NCBI GenBank assembly: GCA_020057885.1
Contig: JAGVEX010000020.1
Coordinates: 1-57,175 of the forward strand
Length of the DNA: 57,175 nucleotides
Reading direction: 5' to 3'
DNA from: a bacterium
GTDB lineage: Bacteria > Patescibacteriota > Patescibacteriia > Veblenbacterales > UBA10138
The translations under genes and the position numbers were made by a program. Each line of letters starts with the position of its first letter. Within the stretch, counting starts at the first letter, position 1. Below are positions 39,735 through 48,814 of this stretch, piece after piece. A model generated the notes under the pieces. It ran no database searches. It was not told where the DNA came from and was given only the letters and a program-made list of their open reading frames with translations.

Positions 39735-40175
39735 CTACTTCCTTAAAAATTTTTTGACGTTTTCTACTACCTCCTCAACTGTAAGATAATTTGTTATTTG
39801 TTTCCTAAAAACTGTGGTAATTAATCCTTCTTCTAAAAAGGACCTTGTCTTGTTTGGGTCAACATATGATAATGGCCAAATTGCCATTATAGGAGCTCCG
39901 GCAGTTAAACTTTTGAGTGATTTTATCCTCTTTTGATCTACTATCCCCAAAGGAGATTTCTCAGATAAAGAAAAAATTACCACACTGGGTTTAAATGAAC
40001 CCATATTTGCACTCTGCTGACTCTGGCTTATCCCATTGATACCCCTTATGATTTTTTTAATTTCAGACAACTTATTACCACTAACATGCGCTCGGTGGCC
40101 CAGTTTAATAATTCCATGAGCCATATCCTCACGTAACACTGGTATACTTTCACAAATAAAAACGAATTCTGACAT
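39735..40175 (-). CDS. Hypothetical protein (possibly a degenerate receiver-like alpha/beta fold)
   Basis: 146 aa. It has its own TTGACA-N17-TAAGAT promoter in the 40176-40336 gap. No motif recognised with confidence. Confidence 0.55.
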   Translation of the reverse strand: MSEFVFICESIPVLREDMAHGIIKLGHRAHVSGNKLSEIKKIIRGINGISQSQQSANMGSFKPSVVIFSLSEKSPLGIVDQKRIKSLKSLTAGAPIMAIWPLSYVDPNKTRSFLEEGLITTVFRKQITNYLTVEEVVENVKKFLRK

Positions 40176-40336
40176 AATGATTACCTCTTTTTTATGTTAA
40201 TGTTTTTGTTGTTTTATTTACAATTATTTTATTTCATAATATCTTACTTTAAATCAAAATAAATGTCAAATGATAATAACCCATACCATTTATTTAAAAA
40301 ATTAATCAATTCAACTATTTTATAAATACAACATCT

Positions 40337-41083
40337 TTAAGCGGCCACGCTATAGTTTGATTGTTTAGCCAAACGTGTTGCAAGTTGCTGTTTCAGCCTA
40401 TCAACACCTTCATGATAATAATTTTCATCATTTACCAAACGCTCATATTCATTCTTAACATCGTTTGGTAGTTTATCAAATTTATCTAAAATATTTTCCA
40501 TACTTTGTCGCTGTTCTTTTGAAACTGACACAACCTGAGAATTATCCTTTGCTTTTTTATATTCCAACGTTTCTTTAAGCGCCTGGCGTTCGGCAATTAA
40601 TTTTAGCAATTTTTCGTCTTCGGGTGCGCGAAACAAATCAACACGAGGCGTAGGAATATCTTTACCCCTATCCCCTAAAGCAATTATTCTTTCTACCTCC
40701 TCGTCGGCTTTTTTTAATTGTTCTTCAACTTGTGGATTAACCCATGGAATTTCCACCCCTTGCCGCCTTAATTTTAATCCAAGAGTTGCCACTTGCCGCA
40801 ATGCCTCATGACTATCATTAAGTATCTCAATTCTTTTGGGGTCGCCACTTGGCACCCACATAGAAAAAACTCTTTCTAAATCTTCAAATATTTTTTTATG
40901 TAACATTAAATCAACAAAAACGTGATAAAGTTGCCGTTCTTCTGATAACATATTTTTTTCACCCTTAACCAGAGCGTCAAAAATATGTTCATCTAACTCT
41001 ATCCGTTCAGTTTTTAATTCAGCGACCTCAGGATTAAATGAAGTTGATACGTTTAAATTAGATTCAGTTGATTCGCGAAACAT
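40337..41083 (-). CDS. Hypothetical charged, coiled-coil-rich protein
   Basis: 248 aa. Its start lies 4 nt after the stop of the Clp-like gene, so the two are tightly coupled. Confidence 0.65.
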   Translation of the reverse strand: MFRESTESNLNVSTSFNPEVAELKTERIELDEHIFDALVKGEKNMLSEERQLYHVFVDLMLHKKIFEDLERVFSMWVPSGDPKRIEILNDSHEALRQVATLGLKLRRQGVEIPWVNPQVEEQLKKADEEVERIIALGDRGKDIPTPRVDLFRAPEDEKLLKLIAERQALKETLEYKKAKDNSQVVSVSKEQRQSMENILDKFDKLPNDVKNEYERLVNDENYYHEGVDRLKQQLATRLAKQSNYSVAA

Positions 41084-41087
41084 AATT

Positions 41088-43643
41088 TTATAATTTGCCA
41101 GCTTTTTCTACCCTTACCACCCCTCCCGGCTCCAACATTACCAAATCTCGACGGGTTAATTTACCAGTCAACAAATGGGTGGCCAAAGCATTATCTACAT
41201 TTTCTTGAATCACGCGGCGCAATGGCCTAGCCCCAAACAAAGGATCAAAACCCTTAATAGCAAGCTCTCTAATGGCTTCAGGCGAAGCGTGAAAATGAAT
41301 ACCCTTGGCTTCCAACCCAAAAGCTAATTTACCAATTAAAAGTTCGGTTACTTTTTCCACCTCTGTCATAGTTAAAGGCTTAAACAACACAATGCCGTCA
41401 AAACGATTTAAAAATTCTGGTCTAAAGTATTGTTGTAATCCATCCTCCAGTAATGTTTTACGAATTTGTTCTAATGGTACTTTATTTTTAATTTGTTCTT
41501 GAATGGTTTGTGTACCAGCATTTGAGGTGGCAATAATAATACAATTGGTAAAATCTATAGTGCGGCCAGAAGCATCTGTTAATCGGCCATCATCCAAGAG
41601 TTGTAAAAATACATTCAAAATATCGGGGTGTGCCTTTTCTATTTCGTCAAGCAATATTAAAGAATAAGGCTGGCGGCGTACAGCTTCTGTTAAAAGGCCG
41701 GCGCTATCTCCTACTCCAGCTGGCGCGCCAATTAAACGATACAAACTTTCCGCTGTTTGATATTCCGACATATCCAGACGCACCATTTTATTTTCGCCGC
41801 CAAAATATTCTGCTGCCACCACTTTAGCCAGTTCGGTTTTACCAACACCCGTAGGCCCTAAAAATAAGAACGAAGCAATGGGACGTTTTTGATCGCGCAA
41901 ATTCACACGCGCGCGACGCAGGGCCTGCGCCACCAAATCAACCGCCTCCTCTTGCCCCACAATACGCTGGTGTAAAATTTCTTCCAAATGCAACAACTTT
42001 TCACCCTCCGACTGTGTAACTTGCGTTAATGGCACGTGAACTTTTAGGGCCAACACTTGGGCGACGTCGTCGGCTGTAACTGCCTGATGCTTACCTTTGT
42101 GCTCACGAGCGTAAATAGCTACCTCTTCTATAAGTTTAATTGCCTTTTCTGGCAAAAAACGCTCTGGTAAATATTTACGTGAAAGTTTCACAGCTGTTTC
42201 CAAGGCACCATAAGAAAAAAATATTCCGTGCTCCGACTCTAGCGCTGGCACGCGAGACTCCAACACTTGAATGGAGTTATCATCGTCTAATTCCTTAATC
42301 TCCACTGGCTGCAAAACCTGCCCCAAAGAAGTGGCCGACACAACCTCCTGCCATTCTTTTTTACCAGTATTGGTAATTAACAAAATATGATTCTTACTAA
42401 TGGTATTTACTAAAATCTCAGATAAACTGATTTCTCCCTCACTATGATTATTTAATAAGAGATGGATATTTTCAATCGCTAATACAATATTTCCAGCTCT
42501 AATAATTTCAGTGAGCGCGTGCAATAAACGCTCACTAGCTTGATTAGGAGTAACACCGCTTAAAAGCTGTGGCAAAGAAAGTTGAACTAAGTGTTTATCT
42601 TTTAATAATTCAGGAACTTCTTCTGCCGCCATAGCTTGGGCTATACCTTCTAACATTGAAGTTTTACCCACACCAGGCTCCCCTATTAAAACAATACTCC
42701 CATGTCCGCCCTCCATAATTCGATAAGTCTCTTTTATTTCGTTGTCTCTCCCTACACAAGGCGCTAAATAACCCTTGGCCGCTAACATGGTAAGGTCACG
42801 CGATACTTTGTTTAAAAATGGCGTGGCGGCGGCCAAATAAGCACGATCAAGCGAATGCTTTGGCCTAGCGCCAGCACGGTGACTACGACGACTATATTCC
42901 GATAATAATTTGTGCCTCAAACTAAACCAACTTGTAATATTAGCTATGGCCTGCTGTTCAATTGCCAGTTCCTCTAATACATCTCGTACTACGGTGTCGC
43001 TTTTAGTTATAGCTAACAAAACCTCACTAGCATCCACGTGGTGCGCGCGACGCGATACCGCCAACCTGCCGGCCTCCAGTAATACTGTGCGACTATTTAA
43101 AGAAAGTTGCGGATGTTTGCCTTGCGGCAAAGTTACCATAGCGTGCCGCAGAGTGGATATAAGTTTATCCCATGGTACACCCAGGCGTACAAATAAACGT
43201 TGACCTGTGCGGTATTTTAAAGCGGCTGCTAATAAATGAAGCGGCTCTACCTGAGCGTGCTTTAACCGAACAGCGTAACGAAAGGCTTGTTCTAATACAT
43301 GCCAAACTTCTTCTGTTAAATATTTATCAACCACAATCGTTTCTGCCAGTTGAGGCTGAGGTATTGGAGGGTACCAAGCGCGCTCTCGATCTAAACGATA
43401 CCAAGCATAAGCCACAAATAAAATCCCCCACCAAAACAAATGGGCTCCTGGGGTTGGTGGAAAAAATATTTGCCATGAATAACCCTGCTCAACCAACGGC
43501 AAAGAACGTAAAATAAATACTATCCAAAATTTCAGTACTATTATGAGAGATAAAAAAGCCGCCAATCTATATACCAAAAGGCGAAGGTGTCTGAATTTTA
43601 AATCAGCCAATGAATAATTATAATGCCAAGTAAATTCTGCCAC
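41088..43643 (-). CDS. Clp/Hsp100-family double-AAA+ ATPase with N-terminal membrane anchor
   Basis: 851 aa. About 2 TM helices lie in the first ~85 aa, followed by Clp_N-type repeats ([10 protein letters not shown]; DASEVLLAI). NBD1 has Walker A GEPGVGKT, but its Walker B reads [12 protein letters not shown]2 is canonical ([32 protein letters not shown]). I saw no M-domain and no IGF/IGL loop. Confidence 0.9.
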   Translation of the reverse strand: MAEFTWHYNYSLADLKFRHLRLLVYRLAAFLSLIIVLKFWIVFILRSLPLVEQGYSWQIFFPPTPGAHLFWWGILFVAYAWYRLDRERAWYPPIPQPQLAETIVVDKYLTEEVWHVLEQAFRYAVRLKHAQVEPLHLLAAALKYRTGQRLFVRLGVPWDKLISTLRHAMVTLPQGKHPQLSLNSRTVLLEAGRLAVSRRAHHVDASEVLLAITKSDTVVRDVLEELAIEQQAIANITSWFSLRHKLLSEYSRRSHRAGARPKHSLDRAYLAAATPFLNKVSRDLTMLAAKGYLAPCVGRDNEIKETYRIMEGGHGSIVLIGEPGVGKTSMLEGIAQAMAAEEVPELLKDKHLVQLSLPQLLSGVTPNQASERLLHALTEIIRAGNIVLAIENIHLLLNNHSEGEISLSEILVNTISKNHILLITNTGKKEWQEVVSATSLGQVLQPVEIKELDDDNSIQVLESRVPALESEHGIFFSYGALETAVKLSRKYLPERFLPEKAIKLIEEVAIYAREHKGKHQAVTADDVAQVLALKVHVPLTQVTQSEGEKLLHLEEILHQRIVGQEEAVDLVAQALRRARVNLRDQKRPIASFLFLGPTGVGKTELAKVVAAEYFGGENKMVRLDMSEYQTAESLYRLIGAPAGVGDSAGLLTEAVRRQPYSLILLDEIEKAHPDILNVFLQLLDDGRLTDASGRTIDFTNCIIIATSNAGTQTIQEQIKNKVPLEQIRKTLLEDGLQQYFRPEFLNRFDGIVLFKPLTMTEVEKVTELLIGKLAFGLEAKGIHFHASPEAIRELAIKGFDPLFGARPLRRVIQENVDNALATHLLTGKLTRRDLVMLEPGGVVRVEKAGKL

Positions 43644-43654
43644 AAAATTATAAA

Positions 43655-44014
43655 TTAATTAACACGACTTAAAAGCATAATTATGGTTAGTGGAAAAAGC
43701 AAACACCAGCCAAGTAGTATAATAAAATACCATACTGCCGCTACTAATAAACGAATGAATTTAGCAACTAAGATAACTAATCGGGTAATCAAACTAATAG
43801 CTCGGCCAGATTTAGAATAATCCCCGTACATAGGGGTGAATAAGTGTTTGACAAAAAGCTTCAAACTTAAACGCCAGGCCGTCTCTTGCAAACCGCGCTT
43901 GCACCAAAGGCCAACCAATAATAATCCTCCGGTGTACCACCAATAAGGAAAACGCACTACATCAAGCAAAAATTCAAATATAAGCTGGCTTAGCTGTTTT
44001 AGCATTAAGGGCAT
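43655..44014 (-). CDS. Small membrane protein (3 TM)
   Basis: 119 aa. It ends 11 nt upstream of the Clp-like gene. Confidence 0.65.
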   Translation of the reverse strand: MPLMLKQLSQLIFEFLLDVVRFPYWWYTGGLLLVGLWCKRGLQETAWRLSLKLFVKHLFTPMYGDYSKSGRAISLITRLVILVAKFIRLLVAAVWYFIILLGWCLLFPLTIIMLLSRVN

Positions 44015-44156
44015 ATGTATTTATTATAATGTTTTTTGGCTAAAAATAACAGATTTTGTAAAACTAACCGCCCCACCTGTAAACCTTGACTTTTGTACCC
44101 AAAAACTGTTAAGGTATGTTCAAATAAAACTAAAAAATAGGCTAAGGAGATAATAA

Positions 44157-44401
44157 ATGAAAATTGTTCGTTTACTAATCATAGCCGAAAATATAGCTAC
44201 CAAGGCTGTAGATACTAAAAAAATATATTCGATAAGCTTCTTGCATACTTTGTCCCCCGACCAGAAATTAGAGCTATTATAAGACAATGGTTTATAAAAT
44301 TCATAAAATTATTTTCTAAACCACTATCAATTAAAGCAGAACTTCTAATTAAAACAAACTACATAACGTCTGCTAATATTGTCTCGCTTATTCGAGGTAT
44401 A
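44157..44401 (+). other. 5' extension of the phosphatidyltransferase gene: SD-led ATG ORF, A7 slippery run, then 61 sense codons in the -1 frame
   Basis: AAGGAG is followed 7 nt later by ATG at 44157 (MKIVRLLIIAENIATKAVDTKK...). An A7 run lies at 44217-44223. The frame of 44402 is open back to 44219 with no ATG, GTG or TTG. That stretch encodes ...YITSANIVSLIRGI, the conserved family N-terminus. Confidence 0.55.
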
Positions 44402-44890
44402 ATGCTCGGTCCAATCTTTTTTGCCTTTGTGCATTTACAAGCTGGAATCAATTATTACCTTTCCATTCTAGGAGCCGCTATATTTAGTGACTACTTAGAT
44501 GGAGCTCTGGCAAAAATAATGCAAGAAGAAACCGAATTCGGAGCAAGGCTTGATCCATTGTGTGATAAAATATTTGCTGCTTGGGCAGTGGCTGCTTGTT
44601 GGCGTTCGTTAATAATTTGGCCGCTAAATGCTCTGGCATTCATAGTATTTGAGGGAACCCTTTTATCTCTCTCTGTGGCTTTATCGTGGGCTAAACGCAA
44701 AGGACAATATCACGGCAAAGCTCAGGTAAAAGCAAACTCACTCGGAAAATGGAAAATAAATTTTCAGGCCGCAGTCTGCTTCTGTTTCTTATATAATTGG
44801 ACTATCACCGGACAATATATTTTAGTAGTAGCTAATCTGTTTGCTGTTGGCAGCTTAATTCGGCATTTAACACCCAAAGAGAAATCTTAA
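44402..44890 (+). CDS. CDP-alcohol phosphatidyltransferase (PgsA-like); the true start is probably upstream
   Basis: The signature DYLDGALAKIMQEETEFGARLDPLCDK matches D-x2-DG-x2-A[RK]-x8-G-x3-D-x3-D. As drawn, the ORF lacks the first TM segment and its motif. Confidence 0.85.
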   Translation: MLGPIFFAFVHLQAGINYYLSILGAAIFSDYLDGALAKIMQEETEFGARLDPLCDKIFAAWAVAACWRSLIIWPLNALAFIVFEGTLLSLSVALSWAKRKGQYHGKAQVKANSLGKWKINFQAAVCFCFLYNWTITGQYILVVANLFAVGSLIRHLTPKEKS

Positions 44891-44938
44891 AAGCGACTGG
44901 ATAATTTGTACCAGCCGCTTTTTTATTTATATAAATTT

Positions 44939-46837
44939 TTACCTTGTCACCACTCCCTTGCCCTGTGTAGCCATATCATCATCTAATTCAGTGGTAACAA
45001 ATTTGGCGGTAGAAATTAAATCCGCGTCCGAAAAAGTATCGTGCGCTGTGGCAGTAGTGGTTTTGGTAAGCACTAAAATTTTATCAGCATCGCTTTCTTG
45101 TGGTGTTACTGCCACTTCAAACGAAGCTTCTGGTTTAAGGAATGTTTTTCCCGCGCCAGCTGGCAAACGATTCAAAACCCAACGCACTTCGCGCGTATTA
45201 GGATTGTAAATTACTTTCTGCCCAGCTGTTACCGTAGTCTGACCTGTCCAATTGACCCCTTGGGGCAATGTAGTAGTAACTTCTACATTTTCTACTTCAT
45301 TCAAAGTATTCCCCAAGCGCCAAAATATAACATAACTTGTGGTTTCACCCACGCGTGGTGGCAATGGCCCGCTGCCTAATTTAATTAATTCATCTGTGTA
45401 ATAACGCCCTTCTACTGCCAAGGAAAATTGAGTATTTATTTTAGTAACCACTTCGTTAGATTGTGACGTTAAATTTTCTAAATTATTATTCACTAAAGCC
45501 TTGCCCTGCGCTTCTACTTGTGCTGTAAAACTAGGTGCATTTACACCGCTAGGCAAACTAGAAACAAGCTGCAAGCGCCAACGAACGCTTCCTCTGGTAC
45601 CGGGCTGTAATGTTTCAAGTAAAGGCAAATTGGCTTTGGTCCAAGTGATAGTTCCAACACTCTGGTTAACTGAACCCAAAGCATCATCCTTTAAGCTGGA
45701 CCAATCAAACCAAGTACTGTTAAGTTTGGCAATAAGTGTGAGGTTAGTAAAAGGGGTGTCGCCCTCATTGGAAAAAGAGGCTTCAAAAGTAATTTCTTGT
45801 CCAAAATCAACCGCACTTTTTAAACTAACGTCGTTCGCTGTTAATTGCAAAGTTAAATGCGATTTAACTAAATTAACATTTACAATTTTTTCTTCTTGTA
45901 AAGTAAACTCCCCTTTATCAGATTTTAAACCAATGGCTAATTTAAATTCTTGTGGGCCTGGGGTGGCTATGCTGGTAAAACGCCCCTTAAGTTCAACTTT
46001 ATTTTCACCACGCGCTTCAATATCATTGAGCTGCCAAATATTAGTGCTATTGACTAAGGGTGTTAATTGCGGCAATTCCAATTCAAAACCATTGGGTACG
46101 GTTAATTTAACTAGCGCACCAGTTAACTTGCTGGTTGAACTATTTTTATAAGTAATCCCCAGCACTAATGTTTGATCAATTGGCAATTGATCAGGATTGG
46201 TAATATCAATATTTAAAACCGATGTTACGATTTCAGTAGTAAAAGCAACATTTTTGTTAAATTGCGCTTTAAAATTAGCCGGCTCATACGAAAACAAACC
46301 TGAAAAATCCTTTTTCTCACCCACCTCACCGACCAACTGACCTTTAACCACTACACTGCCCGACTCATGCGCCTTTACTTTGTCTACTGCAAATATATTA
46401 CCATCTGCATTTTGCGCCGATGGCACTGCACTTTTAAAAATAAATCCAGTTGGATAGCGTAAATTTAATCCCAACTGATTTAAATCTACATCTTGATCGT
46501 TTTTGTAATTAAAAACATATTCCACCTCTTGTCCCGAAGGAGCGGTTAGAGGACCGTTTAAATTAACTTGCACTGCTTCCTCACCAAACTTGCCGCTACT
46601 CTTGGTGCCAAAAATAAAAAATCCAGCCAAAACCAAAGCTAAAAGTATGGCTAATGTGCTTGTTAGATAAAGCCAACCGCGCCGACGACGTGATTGTTTA
46701 AGCAAAACCGATAAATCAGCCTGCGATTGCTCGTGATAAAATTCGGCAAAATCCTGTTCCGCCTGCTTTAACTCGTGCCGCGAAGCAGGCGCATTAGGAT
46801 CAATTGTTATATCATTAACGCGAGATTTTTCTGCCAT
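44939..46837 (-). CDS. Membrane-anchored extracytoplasmic protein with repeated beta-sandwich-like modules
   Basis: 632 aa. Cytoplasmic N-terminus, one TM segment (WLYLTSTLAILLALVLAGFFIF), then long beta-rich Thr/Val/Asn sequence. Its start lies 9 nt after the recO stop. Confidence 0.8.
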   Translation of the reverse strand: MAEKSRVNDITIDPNAPASRHELKQAEQDFAEFYHEQSQADLSVLLKQSRRRRGWLYLTSTLAILLALVLAGFFIFGTKSSGKFGEEAVQVNLNGPLTAPSGQEVEYVFNYKNDQDVDLNQLGLNLRYPTGFIFKSAVPSAQNADGNIFAVDKVKAHESGSVVVKGQLVGEVGEKKDFSGLFSYEPANFKAQFNKNVAFTTEIVTSVLNIDITNPDQLPIDQTLVLGITYKNSSTSKLTGALVKLTVPNGFELELPQLTPLVNSTNIWQLNDIEARGENKVELKGRFTSIATPGPQEFKLAIGLKSDKGEFTLQEEKIVNVNLVKSHLTLQLTANDVSLKSAVDFGQEITFEASFSNEGDTPFTNLTLIAKLNSTWFDWSSLKDDALGSVNQSVGTITWTKANLPLLETLQPGTRGSVRWRLQLVSSLPSGVNAPSFTAQVEAQGKALVNNNLENLTSQSNEVVTKINTQFSLAVEGRYYTDELIKLGSGPLPPRVGETTSYVIFWRLGNTLNEVENVEVTTTLPQGVNWTGQTTVTAGQKVIYNPNTREVRWVLNRLPAGAGKTFLKPEASFEVAVTPQESDADKILVLTKTTTATAHDTFSDADLISTAKFVTTELDDDMATQGKGVVTR

Positions 46838-46846
46838 ATATCTATT

Positions 46847-47593
46847 TTATAGGATACTACGTAATACTTTCAAAGTATATAGCTCTTGCCCGGCTTGCCC
46901 AACCACATAATCAGTTAAAAAAGCCAGCACCGCGGACGGCAAAGCGTCAGTTTGCGCAATTCCCAAGCCAGCGGCCTGTTGTAGCCAAGTGAGAGCTGAT
47001 GATGGTATAGCCACCCTTTTATCACCTGGAAAAATACAAGTATGATGCGCAAAGCTATGATTTACCCAACTAAAATCCACTGGATCAACTAATTCGCCCC
47101 GACAATGTTCGCAACGCGTTAAAGAAACAGACAAACCAACAAGTTTTAAAACTTCAATTAAATATTTGGCTAACAACCAACGCGCTTCTAGTCGCCAATT
47201 TTCTTCACTTGTTGGCAAGCTGGAAAGTTCTGTTAAATACTGGCGGAGCAGTTGATGAAGTCTTGGTTCTGGTTCGCCCACGCGAGTTAAAACATCAACC
47301 ACTTCCAAAAGTGCTGTGCCAAGCACGGCCGTATTAAGCTCATAAGGCGGACGTAGGTACAATTGTTTCAAATTAGCCGAAGCCAAACGATCCAACTGCT
47401 TGCCACGTGCTACCATTAATTCCACTTCGCCAAATGGTTGCAAGTGCGAGGATAGTTTAGAAACTGCTTTACGAGCGCCAGCGGCAATTAATTCAATCTT
47501 GCCTTCACGTTCGGTAAAAATAGTATAAAGCCTGTCGCCTTCGCGCCAGGCTTTGGAATTTAATACAAAACCGGTAGTAACGTAAGTTGACAT
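46847..47593 (-). CDS. recO: DNA repair protein RecO
   Basis: 248 aa. N-terminal OB fold (GFVLNSKAWREGDRLYTIFTEREGKIELIA) and a Zn-finger-like CEHC...H. Confidence 0.88.
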   Translation of the reverse strand: MSTYVTTGFVLNSKAWREGDRLYTIFTEREGKIELIAAGARKAVSKLSSHLQPFGEVELMVARGKQLDRLASANLKQLYLRPPYELNTAVLGTALLEVVDVLTRVGEPEPRLHQLLRQYLTELSSLPTSEENWRLEARWLLAKYLIEVLKLVGLSVSLTRCEHCRGELVDPVDFSWVNHSFAHHTCIFPGDKRVAIPSSALTWLQQAAGLGIAQTDALPSAVLAFLTDYVVGQAGQELYTLKVLRSIL

Positions 47594-47601
47594 GATATTA
47601 A

Positions 47602-48813
47602 CTAACTCAAACTATCAACTACAATATATTTTCCCAGTAACCATGCTAATTTAGGATGTTTAAATAATAACTCATACCGATAGTGAAAGAAAACTTCAAG
47701 TGCATCAGCGGGTGACAAATCACGATAAGCCTCTACCACTTTATCCCAATCAGCATCACTAAACTTATGGTAGATGATATTGGCATTTTTATATGAAGCC
47801 CGCCAACGTGAACCAAAAACTTTATGCCATTCAGCCTCATAAGTTTTCTTTAACTCAACCTGATCTATAGTGTCGTGTAAACATTGATGTATACTATTCG
47901 CGGCCAAACGTCCACAACGCATAGCATGCCGAATTCCTTCATACGCCAAACCATTAACTTGAAAAGCTGCATCACCAATAAGTATAATGTTATTATAAAC
48001 ATGATTTTTCACACCTGGTGAAATATAGCCCCCCCCACCATGTATCTCCGTGGGCTCTAAGTGTTTAGTAGTATCAAACTTGGCTATAAAATTTTTAAGC
48101 AATGGTTTAAGTTCAACGCCTGGCGGTAATGGGCCATATGATCCTATTCCCATTTTAGCAGCTTTACTTTGTTCCATAGGAAAAACCCAAGCATATCCCC
48201 GTGGTGCCACGTCACCAAAATAAAATCCTAACGTCCCGGCCAAACCTTGTGGCATAGCCGTCATCTGCACTTCCATGGCACTAACAAAATCTTCTGGTAA
48301 TCCTTTATTTAAATGAAGCTGCGAATTTACAAAACCCCAATGACCGGTAGCATCTACAATTACAGGTGCACGCAGTTCTCCCTCACCCCATACGCTCTTA
48401 TAGCGTACACCAACAAACTGCCCACTATCTTCAATTAGTGAAGTGACACCTGTCCCCACCATAATATCAGCCCCTTTGTGCGCGGCATCCTCAGATAAAA
48501 ATTTTCTCAACGCAGCAAAATCAAACACATAACCGCGTACGTCCGGATATGTCCATTCCACCTGTTCATGACTTGACGCAAAGTATATACGATTCCATGT
48601 AGCTGAGAGCACACTCGTTGGTAATTCAAACTCCTCTATGGTTTCTTTTGGCGTTCCGGCGGTAGAATAGTTCGGTTCACCAATTTCCTGTGAATGCTCT
48701 AAAAGCACAACGTGGCGACCTAATTTGGCAAGCTCGCGAGCACACTGACCTCCAGCAGGGCCAGCGCCTATTACGATAACATCTAAATTTTTTTGATCAA
48801 TACCTTCAGACAT
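47602..48813 (-). CDS. FAD-dependent oxidoreductase of the geranylgeranyl-reductase family
   Basis: DVIVIGAGPAGGQCARELAKLGRHVVLLE dinucleotide-binding motif and a GDAA motif (LIGDAAFQVN). I prefer the start at MSEGIDQ (48813), which removes the 38-nt overlap with ileS implied by the track start at 48852. Confidence 0.82.
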   Translation of the reverse strand: MSEGIDQKNLDVIVIGAGPAGGQCARELAKLGRHVVLLEHSQEIGEPNYSTAGTPKETIEEFELPTSVLSATWNRIYFASSHEQVEWTYPDVRGYVFDFAALRKFLSEDAAHKGADIMVGTGVTSLIEDSGQFVGVRYKSVWGEGELRAPVIVDATGHWGFVNSQLHLNKGLPEDFVSAMEVQMTAMPQGLAGTLGFYFGDVAPRGYAWVFPMEQSKAAKMGIGSYGPLPPGVELKPLLKNFIAKFDTTKHLEPTEIHGGGGYISPGVKNHVYNNIILIGDAAFQVNGLAYEGIRHAMRCGRLAANSIHQCLHDTIDQVELKKTYEAEWHKVFGSRWRASYKNANIIYHKFSDADWDKVVEAYRDLSPADALEVFFHYRYELLFKHPKLAWLLGKYIVVDSLS

Positions 48814-48814
48814 T

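Noticed and set aside
44402-44890. Calling the phosphatidyltransferase a pseudogene.
   Set aside because: The catalytic motif and all downstream TM segments are intact. The only anomaly is a single -1 frame junction at a homopolymer. That is equally consistent with an assembly error or with programmed slippage.
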